Source: the human T2T-CHM13v2.0 reference genome, Homo sapiens. From it: a DNA stretch of 64,000 bases. Made by a program: the position numbers and the translations under genes. Location: assembly GCF_009914755.1 (NCBI RefSeq), contig NC_060929.1; one strand, written 5' to 3'. Positions 1-10,684 of the stretch are shown piece after piece. The notes below the pieces were generated by a model. That model worked only from the letters and a program-made list of their open reading frames with translations, was not told the origin of the DNA and searched no databases. Numbering within the stretch: the stretch's first letter is position 1; every line of letters starts with the position of its first letter.

Positions 1-680
1 CTAGACAGAAGAATTCCCAGTAACTTCCTTGTGTTGTGTGTGTTCAACTCACAGAGTTGAACTTTCATTTACACAGAGCAGATTTGAAACACTCTTTTTG
101 TGGAATTTGCAAATGGAGATTTCAAGCGCTTTGAGGCCAAAGGCAGAAAAGGAAATATCTTTGTATAAAAACTAGACAGAATCATTCTCAGAAACTGCTC
201 TGCGATGTGTGCGTTCAACTCTCAGAGTTTAACTTTGCTTTTCATTCAGCAGTTTGGAAACACTCTGTTTGTAAAGTCTGCACGTGGATAATTTGACCAC
301 TTAGAGGCCTTCGTTGGAAACGGGTTTTTTTCATGTAAGGCTAGACAGAAGAATTCTCAGTAACTTCCTTGTGTTGTGTGTATTCAACTCACACAGTTGA
401 ACGATCCTTTACACAGAGCAGACTTGTAACACTCTTTTTGTGGAATTTGCAAGTGGAGATTTCAGCCGCTTTGAAGTCAAAGGTAGAAAAGGAAATATCT
501 TCCTATAAAAACTAGACAGAATGATTCTCAGAAACTCCTTTGTGATGTGTGCGTTCAACTCACAGAGTTTAACCTTTCTTTTCATAGAGCAGTTAGGAAA
601 CACTCTGTTTGTAAAGTCTCCAAGTGGATATTCAGACCTCTTTGAGGCCTTCGTTGGAAACGGGTTTTTTTCATATAAGG
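1..680 (+). repeat. A-B tetramer (680 bp), the expandable module of the array
   Basis: The A dimer carries ACTTTCATTT, GGCCAAAGGCAG and CACGTGGATAATTTGACCAC. The B dimer carries ACGATCCTTT, GACTTGTAAC, GAAGTCAAAGGTAG and TCCTATAAAA. The ORF track shows the 680-bp period (2561, 3241, 3921, 4601 ...). Confidence 0.93.
309..325 (+). promoter_or_regulatory. CENP-B box, CTTCGTTGGAAACGGGT form (first of ~188 box positions spaced ~340 bp apart)
   Basis: Matches the established essential pattern NTTCGNNNNANNCGGGN. This T-ending form occurs in dimer types A, A', B and E. Confidence 0.97.
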
Positions 681-1020
681 CTAGACAGAAGAATTCCCAG
701 TAACTTCCTTGTGTTGTGTGTGTTCAACTCACAGAGTTGAACTTTGATTTACACAGAGCAGATTTGAAACACTCTTTTTGTGGAATTTGCAAGTGGAGAT
801 TTCAAGCGCTTTGAGGCCAAAGGCAGAAAAGGAAATATCTTCGTATAAAAACTAGACAGAATCATTCTCAGAAACTGCTCTGCGATGTGTGCGTTCAACT
901 CTCAGAGTTTAACTTTTCTTTTCATTCAGCAGTTTGGAAACACTCTGTTTGTAAAGTCTGCACGTGGATATTTTGACCACTTAGAGGCCTTCGTTGGAAA
1001 CGGGTTTTTTTCCTGTAAGG

Positions 1021-2040
1021 CTAGACAGAAGAATTCCCAGTAACTTCCTTGTGTTGTGTACATTCAACTCACAGAGTTGAACGTTCCCTTAGACAGAGCA
1101 GATTTGAAACACTCTTTTTGTGCAATTGGCAAGTGGAGATTTCAAGCGCTTTAAGGTCAATGGCAGAAAAGGAAATATCTTCGTTTCAAAACTAGACAGA
1201 ATCATTCCCACAAACTGCGTTGTGATGTGTTCGTTCATCTCACAGAGTTTAACCTTTCTTTTCGTAGAGCAGTTAGGAAACAGTCTGTTTGTAAATTCTG
1301 TAAGTGGATATTCTGACATCTTGTGGCCTTCGTTGGAAACGGGATTTCTTCATATTCTGCTAGACAGAAGAATTCTCAGAATCTTCCTTGTGTTGTGTGT
1401 ATTCAACTCACACAGTTGAACGATTGTTTACACAGAGCAGATTTGAAACACTCTTTCTGTGGAATTTGCAAGTGGAGATTTCAGCCGCTTTGAGGTCAAT
1501 GGTAGAAAAGGAAATATCTTCGTATAAAAAACTAGACAGAATGATTCTCAGAAACTTCTTTGTGATGTGTGCGTTCAACTCACAGAGTTTAACCTTTCTT
1601 TTCATGGAGCAGTTAGGAAACACTCTGTTTGTAAACTCTGCAAGTGGATATTCAGACCTCTTTGAGGCCTTCGTTGGAAACGGGATTTCTTCATACTGTG
1701 CTAGACAGAAGAATTCTCAGTAACTTCCTTGTGTTGTGTGTATTCAACTCACAGAGTTGAACGATCCTTTACACAGAGCAGACTTGAAACACTCTTTTTG
1801 TGGAATTTGCAAGTGGAGATTTCAGCCGCGTTGAGGTCAATGGTAGAAAAGGAAATATCTTCGTATAAAAACTAGACAGAATGATTCTCAGAAACTCCTT
1901 TGTGATGTGTGTGTTCAACTCACAGAGTTTAACATTTCTTTTCATAGAGCAGTTAGGAAACACTCTGTTTGTAAAGTCTGCAAGTGGATATTCAGACCTC
2001 TTTGAGGCCTTCGTTGGAAACGGGTTTTTTTCATATAAGG
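1021..2040 (+). repeat. C-D-E hexamer block that punctuates the array (20 copies)
   Basis: The 339-bp C dimer (GTGTACATTC, TGCAATTGGC, CATTCCCACAAACTGCG) is followed by D (CAGAATCTTCC, CGATTGTTT, CATACTGTG) and E (GACTTGAAAC, GCCGCGTTGAGG). C starts at 1021, 7821, 11220, 13258, 15297, 20056, 22094, 24133, 28892, 35692, 39772, 42491, 45209, 47248, 50647, 52686, 56085, 58124, 60503 and 62541. Confidence 0.92.
1328..1344 (+). promoter_or_regulatory. CENP-B box, fully canonical CTTCGTTGGAAACGGGA form (C and D dimers)
   Basis: Exact match to the 17-bp consensus. Seen in the C and D dimers of each unit, e.g. also at 1669-1685. Confidence 0.97.
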
Positions 2041-5000
2041 CTAGAGAGAAGAATTCCCAGTAACTTCCTTGTGTTGTGTGTGTTCAACTCACAGAGTTGA
2101 ACTTTCATTTACACAGAGCAGATTTGAAACACTCTTTTTGTGGAATTTGCAAGTGGAGATTTCAAGCGCTTTCAGGCCAAAGGCAGAAAAGGAAATATCT
2201 TCGTATAAAAACTAGACAGAATCATTCTCAGAAACTGCTCTGCGATGTGTGCGTTCAACTCTCAGAGTTTAACTTTGCTTTTCATTCAGCAGTTTGGAAA
2301 CACTCTGTTTGTAAAGTCTGCACGTGGATAATTTGACCACTTAGAGGCCTTCGTTGGAAACGGGTTTTTTTCATGTAAGGCTAGACAGAAGAATTCTCAG
2401 TAACTTCCTTGTGTTGTGTGTATTCAACTCACAGAGTTGACCGATCCTTTACACAGAGCAGACTTGTAACACTCTTTTTGTGGAATTTGCAAGTGGAGAT
2501 TTCAGCCGCTTTGAAGTCAAAGGTAGAAAAGGGAATATCTTCCTATAAAAACTAGACAGAATGATTCTCAGAAACTCCTTTGTGATGTGTGCGTTCAACT
2601 CACAGAGTTTAACCTTTCTTTTCATAGAGCAGTTAGGAAACACTCTGTTTCTAAAGTCTGCAAGTGGATATTCAGACCTCTTTGAGGCCTTCGTTGGAAA
2701 CGGGTTTTTTTCATATAAGGCTAGAGAGAAGAATTCCCAGTAACTTCCTTGTGTTGTGTGTGTTCAACTCACAGAGTTGAACTTTCATTTACACAGAGCA
2801 GATTTGAAACACTCTTTTTGTGGAATTTGCAAGTGGAGATTTCAAGCGCTGTGAGGCCAAAGGCAGAAAAGGAAATATCTTCGTATAAAAACTAGACAGA
2901 ATCATTCTCAGAAACTGCTCTGTGATGTGTGCGTTCAACTCTCAGAGTTTAACTTTTCTTTTCATTCAGCAGTTTGGAAACACTCTGTTTGTAAAGTCTG
3001 CACGTGGATAATTTGACCACTTAGAGGCCTTCGTTGGAAACGGTTTTTTTTAATGTAAGGCTAGACAGAAGAATTCTCAGTAACTTCCTTGTGTTGTGTG
3101 TATTCAACTCACACAGTTGAACGATCCTTTACACAGAGCAGACTTGTAACACTCTTTTTGTGGAATTTGCAAGTGGAGATTTCAGCCGCTTTGAAGTCAA
3201 AGGTGGAAAAGGAAATATCTTCCTATAAAAACTAGACAGAATGATTCTCAGAAACTCCTTTGTGATGTGTGCGTTCAACTCACAGAGTTTAACCTTTCTT
3301 TTCATAGAGCAGTTAGGAAACACTCTGTTTGTAAAGTCTGCAAGTGGATATTCAGACCTCTTTGAGGCCTTCGTTGGAAACGGGTTTTTTTCATATAAGG
3401 CTAGACAGAAGAATTCCCAGTAACTTCCTTGTGTTGTGTGTGTTCAACTCACAGAGTTGAACTTTCATTTACACAGAGCAGATTTGAAACACTCTTTTTG
3501 TGGAATTTGCAAATGGAGATTTCAAGCGCTTTGAGGCCAAAGGCAGAAAAGGAAATATCTTCGTATAAAAACTAGACAGAATCATTCTCAGAAACTGCTC
3601 TGCAATGTGTGCGTTCAACTCTCAGAGTTTAACTTTTCTTTTCATTCAGCAGTTTGGAAACACTCTGTTTGTAAAGTCTGCACGTGGATAATTTGACCAC
3701 TTAGAGGCCTTCGTTGGAAACGGGTTTTTTTCATGTAAGGCTAGACAGAAGAATTCTCAGTAACTTCCTTGTGTTGTGTGTATTCAACTCACAGAGTTGA
3801 ACGATCCTTTACACAGAGCAGACTTGTAACACTCTTTTTGTGGAATTTGCAAGTGGAGATTTCAGCCGCTTTGAAGTCAAAGGTAGAAAAGGAAATATCT
3901 TCCTATAAAAACTAGACAGAATGATTCTCAGAAACTCCTTTGTGATGTGTGCGTTCAACTCACAGAGTTTAACCTTTCTTTTCATAGAGCAGTTAGGAAA
4001 CACTCTGCTTGTAAAGTCTGCAAGTGGATATTCAGCCCTCTTTGAGGCCTTCGTTGGAAACGGGTTTTTTTCATATAAGGCTAGACAGAAGAATTCCCAG
4101 TAACTTCCTTGTGTTGTGTGTGTTCAACTCACAGAGTTGAACTTTGATTTACACAGAGCAGATTTGAAACACTCTTTTTGTGGAATTTGCAAATGGAGAT
4201 TTCAAGCGCTTTGAGGCCAAAGGCAGAAAAGGAAATATCTTCGTATAAAAACTAGACAGAATCATTCTCAGAAACTGCTCTGCGATGTGTGCGTTCAACT
4301 CTCAGAGTTTAACTTTGCTTTTCATTCAGCAGTTTGGAAACACTCTGTTTGTAAAGTCTGCACGTGGATAATTTGACCACTTAGAGGCCTTCGTTGGAAA
4401 CGGGTTTTTTTCATGTAAGGCTAGACAGAAGAATTCTCAGTAACTTCCTTGTGTTGTGTGTATTCAACTCACACAGTTGAACGATCCTTTACACAGAGCA
4501 GACTTGTAACACTCTTTTTGTGGAATTTGCAAGTGGAGATTTCAGCCGCTTTGAAGTCAAAGGTAGAAAAGGAAATATCTTCCTATAAAAACTAGACAGA
4601 ATGATTCTCAGAAACTCCTTTGTGATGTGTGCGTTCAACTCACAGAGTTTAACCTTTCTTTTCATAGAGCAGTTAGGAAACACTCTGTTTGTAAAGTCTC
4701 CAAGTGGATATTCAGACCTCTTTGAGGCCTTCGTTGGAAACGGGTTTTTTTCATATAAGGCTAGACAGAAGAATTCCCAGTAACTTCCTTGTGTTGTGTG
4801 TGTTCAACTCACAGAGTTGAACTTTCATTTACACAGAGCAGATTTGAAACACTCTTTTTGTGGAATTTGCAAATGGAGATTTCAAGCGCTTTGAGGCCAA
4901 AGGCAGAAAAGGAAATATCTTCGTATAAAAACTAGACAGAATCATTCTCAGAAACTGCTCTGCGATGTGTGCGTTCAACTCTCAGAGTTTAACTTTGCTT

Positions 5001-8000
5001 TTCATTCAGCAGTTTGGAAACACTCTGTTTGTAAAGTCTGCACGTGGATAATTTGACCACTTAGAGGCCTTCGTTGGAAACGGGTTTTTTTCATGTAAGG
5101 CTAGACAGAAGAATTCTCAGTAACTTCCTTGTGTTGTGTGTATTCAACTCACACAGTTGAACGATCCTTTACACAGAGCAGACTTGTAACACTCTTTTTG
5201 TGGAATTTGCAAGTGGAGATTTCAGCCGCTTTGAACTCAAAGGTAGAAAAGGAAATATCTTCCTATAAAAACTAGACAGAATGATTCTCAGAAACTCCTT
5301 TGTGATGTGTGCTTTCAACTCACAGAGTTTAACCTTTCTTTTCATAGAGCAGTTAGGAAACACTCTGTTTGTAACGTCTGCAAGTGGATATTCAGACCTC
5401 TTTGAGGCCTTCGTTGGAAACGGGTTTTTTTCATATAAGGCTAGACAGAAGAATTCCCAGTAACTTCCTTGTGTTGTGTGTGTTCAACTCACAGAGTTGA
5501 ACTTTCATTTACACAGAGCAGATTTGAAACACTCTTTTTGTGGAATTTGCAAATGGAGATTTCAAGCGCTTTGAGGCCAAAGGCAGAAAAGGAAATATCT
5601 TCGTATAAAAACTAGACAGAATCATTCTCAGAAACTGCTCTGCGATGTGTGCGTTCAACTCTCAGAGTTTAACTTTGCTTTTCATTCAGCAGTTTGGAAA
5701 CACTCTGTTTGTAAAGTCTGCACGTGGATAATTTGACCACTTAGAGGCCTTCGTTGGAAACGGGTTTTTTTCATGTAAGGCTAGACAGAAGAATTCTCAG
5801 TAACTTCCTTGTGTTGTGTGTATTCAACTCACACAGTTGAACGATCCTTTACACAGAGCAGACTTGTAACACTCTTTTTGTGGAATTTGCAAGTGGAGAT
5901 TTCAGCCGCTTTGAAGTCAAAGGTAGAAAAGGAAATATCTTCCTATAAAAACTAGACAGAATGATTCTCAGAAACTCCTTTGTGATGTGTGCGTTCAACT
6001 CACAGAGTTTAACCTTTCTTTTCATAGAGCAGTTAGGAAACACTCTGTTTGTAAAGTCTCCAAGTGGATATTCAGACCTCTTTGAGGCCTTCGTTGGAAA
6101 CGGGTTTTTTTCATATAAGGCTAGACAGAAGAATTCCCAGTAACTTCCTTGTGTTGTGTGTGTTCAACTCACAGAGTTGAACTTTCATTTACACAGAGCA
6201 GATTTGAAACACTCTTTTTGTGGAATTTGCAAGTGGAGATTTCAAGCGCTTTGAGGCCAAAGGCAGAAAAGGAAATATCTTCGTATAAAAACTAGACAGA
6301 ATCATTCTCAGAAACTGCTCTGCGATGTGTGCGTTCAACTCTCAGAGTTTAACTTTTCTTCTCATTCAGCAGTTTGGAAACACTCTGTTTGTAAAGTCTG
6401 CACGTGGATAATTTGACCACTTAGAGGCCTTCGTTGGAAACGGGTTTTTTTCATGTAAGGCTAGACAGAAGAATTCTCAGTAACTTCCTTGTGTTGTGTG
6501 TATTCAACTCACAGAGTTGAACGATCCTTTACACAGAGCAGACTTGTAACACTCTTTTTGTGGAATTTGCAAGTGGAGATTTCAGCCGCTTTGAAGTCAA
6601 AGGTAGAAAAGGAAATATCTTCCTATAAAAACTAGACAGAATGATTCTCAGAAACTCCTTTGTGATGTGTGTTTTCAACTCACAGAGTTTAACCTTTCTT
6701 TTCATAGAGCAGTTAGGAATCACTCTGTTTGTAAAGTCTGCAAGTGGATATTCAGACCTCTTTGAGGCCTTCGTTGGAAACGGGTTTTTTTCATATAAGG
6801 CTAGACAGAAGAATTCCCAGTAACTTCCTTGTGTTGTGTGTGTTCAACTCACAGAGTTGAACTTTCATTTACACAGAGCAGATTTGAAACACTCTTTTTG
6901 TGGAATTTGCAAATGGAGATTTCAAGCGCTTTGAGGCCAAAGGCAGAAAAGGAAATATCTTTGTATAAAAACTAGACAGAATCATTCTCAGAAACTGCTC
7001 TGCGATGTGTGCGTTCAACTCTCAGAGTTTAACTTTGCTTTTCATTCAGCAGTTTGGAAACACTCTGTTTGTAAAGTCTGCACGTGGATAATTTGACCAC
7101 TTAGAGGCCTTCGTTGGAAACGGGTTTTTTTCATGTAAGGCTAGACAGAAGAATTCTCAGTAACTTCCTTGTGTTGTGTGTATTCAACTCACACAGTTGA
7201 ACGATCCTTTACACAGAGCAGACTTGTAACACTCTTTTTGTGGAATTTGCAAGTGGAGATTTCAGCCGCTTTGAAGTCAAAGGTAGAAAAGGAAATATCT
7301 TCCTATAAAAACTAGACAGAATGATTCTCAGAAACTCCTTTGTGATGTGTGCGTTCAACTCACAGAGTTTAACCTTTCTTTTCATAGAGCAGTTAGGAAA
7401 CACTCTGTTTGTAAAGTCTCCAAGTGGATATTCAGACCTCTTTGAGGCCTTCGTTGGAAACGGGTTTTTTTCATATAAGGCTAGACAGAAGAATTCCCAG
7501 TAACTTCCTTGTGTTGTGTGTGTTCAACTCACAGAGTTGAACTTTGATTTACACAGAGCAGATTTGAAACACTCTTTTTGTGGAATTTGCAAGTGGAGAT
7601 TTCAAGCGCTTTGAGGCCAAAGGCAGAAAAGGAAATATCTTCGTATAAAAACTAGACAGAATCATTCTCAGAAACTGCTCTGCGATGTGTGCGTTCAACT
7701 CTCAGAGTTTAACTTTTCTTTTCATTCAGCAGTTTGGAAACACTCTGTTTGTAAAGTCTGCACGTGGATATTTTGACCACTTAGAGGCCTTCGTTGGAAA
7801 CGGGTTTTTTTCCTGTAAGGCTAGACAGAAGAATTCCCAGTAACTTCCTTGTGTTGTGTACATTCAACTCACAGAGTTGAACGTTCCCTTAGACAGAGCA
7901 GATTTGAAACACTCTTTTTGTGCAATTGGCAAGTGGAGATTTCAAGCGCTTTAAGGTCAATGGCAGAAAAGGAAATATCTTCGTTTCAAAACTAGACAGA

Positions 8001-10684
8001 ATCATTCCCACAAACTGCGTTGTGATGTGTTCGTTCATCTCACAGAGTTTAACCTTTCTTTTCGTAGAGCAGTTAGGAAACAGTCTGTTTGTAAATTCTG
8101 TAAGTGGATATTCTGACATCTTGTGGCCTTCGTTGGAAACGGGATTTCTTCATATTCTGCTAGACAGAAGAATTCTCAGAATCTTCCTTGTGTTGTGTGT
8201 ATTCAACTCACACAGTAGAACGATTGTTTACACAGAGCAGATTTGAAACACTCTTTCTGTGGAATTTGCAAGTGGAGATTTCAGCCGCTTTGAGGTCAAT
8301 GGTAGAAAAGGAAATATCTTCGTATAAAAAACTAGACAGAATGATTCTCAGAAACTTCTTTGTGATGTGTGCGTTCAACTCACAGAGTTTAACCTTTCTT
8401 TTCATGGAGCAGTTAGGAAACACTCTGTTTGTAAACTCTGCAAGTGGATATTCAGACCTCTTTGAGGCCTTCGTTGGAAACGGGATTTCTTCATACTGTG
8501 CTAGACAGAAGAATTCTCAGTAACTTCCTTGTGTTGTGTGTATTCAACTCACAGAGTTGAACGATCCTTTACACAGAGCAGACTTGAAACACTCTTTTTG
8601 TGGAATTTGCAAGTGGAGATTTCAGCCGCGTTGAGGTCAATGGTAGAAAAGGAAATATCTTCGTATAAAAACTAGACAGAATGATTCTCAGAAACTCCTT
8701 TGTGATGTGTGTGTTCAACTCACAGAGTTTAACATTTCTTTTCATAGAGCAGTTAGGAAACACTCTGTTTGTAAAGTCTGCAAGTGGATATTCAGACCTC
8801 TTTGAGGCCTTCGTTGGAAACGGGTTTTTTTCATATAAGGCTAGAGAGAAGAATTCCCAGTAACTTCCTTGTGTTGTGTGTGTTCAACTCACAGAGTTGA
8901 ACTTTCATTTACACAGAGCAGATTTGAAACACTCTTTTTGTGGAATTTGCAAGTGGAGATTTCAAGCGCTTTCAGGCCAAAGGCAGAAAAGGAAATATCT
9001 TCGTATAAAAACTAGACAGAATCATTCTCAGAAACTGCTCTGCGATGTGTGCGTTCAACTCTCAGAGTTTAACTTTTCTTTTCATTCAGCAGTTTGGAAA
9101 CACTCTGTTTGTAAAGTCTGCACGTGGATAATTTGACCACTTAGAGGCCTTCGTTGGAAACGGGTTTTTTTCATGTAAGGCTAGACAGAAGAATTCTCAG
9201 TAACTTCCTTGTGTTGTGTGTATTCAACTCACAGAGTTGACCGATCCTTTACACAGAGCAGACTTGTAACACTCTTTTTGTGGAATTTGCAAGTGGAGAT
9301 TTCAGCCGCTTTGAAGTCAAAGGTAGAAAAGGGAATATCTTCCTATAAAAACTAGACAGAATGATTCTCAGAAACTCCTTTGTGATGTGTGCGTTCAACT
9401 CACAGAGTTTAACCTTTCTTTTCATAGAGCAGTTAGGAAACACTCTGTTTCTAAAGTCTGCAAGTGGATATTCAGACCTCTTTGAGGCCTTCGTTGGAAA
9501 CGGGTTTTTTTCATATAAGGCTAGACAGAAGAATTCCCAGTAACTTCCTTGTGTTGTGTGTGTTCAACTCACAGAGTTGAACTTTCATTTACACAGAGCA
9601 GATTTGAAACACTCTTTTTGTGGAATTTGCAAGTGGAGATTTCAAGCGCTTTGAGGCCAAAGGCAGAAAAGGAAATATCTTCGTATAAAAACTAGACAGA
9701 ATCATTCTCAGAAACTGCTCTGTGATGTGTGCGTTCAACTCTCAGAGTTTAACTTTTCTTTTCATTCAGCAGTTTGGAAACACTCTGTTTGTAAAGTCTG
9801 CACGTGGATAATTTGACCACTTAGAGGCCTTCGTTGGAAACGGTTTTTTTTAATGTAAGGCTAGACAGAAGAATTCTCAGTAACTTCCTTGTGTTGTGTG
9901 TATTCAACTCACACAGTTGAACGATTCTTTACACAGAGCAGACTTGTAACACTCTTTTTGTGGAATTTGCAAGTGGAGATTTCAGCCGCTTTGAAGTCAA
10001 AGGTGGAAAAGGAAATATCTTCCTATAAAAACTAGACAGAATGATTCTCAGAAACTCCTTTGTGATGTGTGCGTTCAACTCACAGAGTTTAACCTTTCTT
10101 TTCATAGAGCAGTTAGGAAACACTCTGTTTGTAAAGTCTGCAAGTGGATATTCAGACCTCTTTGAGGCCTTCGTTGGAAACGGGTTTTTTTCATATAAGG
10201 CTAGACAGAAGAATTCCCAGTAACTTCCTTGTGTTGTGTGTGTTCAACTCACAGAGTTGAACTTTCATTTACACAGAGCAGATTTGAAACACTCTTTTTG
10301 TGGAATTTGCAAATGGAGATTTCATGCGCTTTGAGGCCAAAGGCAGAAAAGGAAATATCTTCGTATAAAAACTAGACAGAATCATTCTCAGAAACTGCTC
10401 TGCAATGTGTGCGTTCAACTCTCAGAGTTTAACTTTGCTTTTCATTCAGCAGTTTGGAAACACTCTGTTTGTAAAGTCTGCACGTGGATAATTTGACCAC
10501 TTAGAGGCCTTCGTTGGAAACGGGTTTTTTTCATGTAAGGCTAGACAGAAGAATTCTCAGAATCTTCCTTGTGTTGTGTGTATTCAACTCACACAGTTGA
10601 ACGATCCTTTACACAGAGCAGACTTGTAACACTCTTTTTGTGGAATTTGCAAGTGGAGATTTCAGCCGCTTTGAAGTCAAAGTA

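Larger units (their letters stand above)
1..10436 (+). repeat. Duplication with 6800-bp offset (1-~3640 versus 6801-~10436)
   Basis: Uncommon variants shared at an offset of 6800: extra A at ~1530/8330, CTAGAGAGAA at 2041/8841, TTCAGGCC at 2171/8971, CCGATCC at 2441/9241, GGGAATAT at 2531/9331, CGGTTTTTTTTAATG at 3041/9841, AGGTGG at 3201/10001 and TGCAATG at 3601/10401. Confidence 0.9.

Noticed and set aside
281-286. E-box CACGTG in every A dimer
   Set aside because: A 6-bp motif multiplied by tandem amplification. Nothing in the sequence supports a regulatory role.
321-332. GGG followed by a T-run resembling a rho-independent terminator
   Set aside because: This is the end of the CENP-B box in a eukaryotic satellite, with no preceding GC-rich hairpin or transcription unit.
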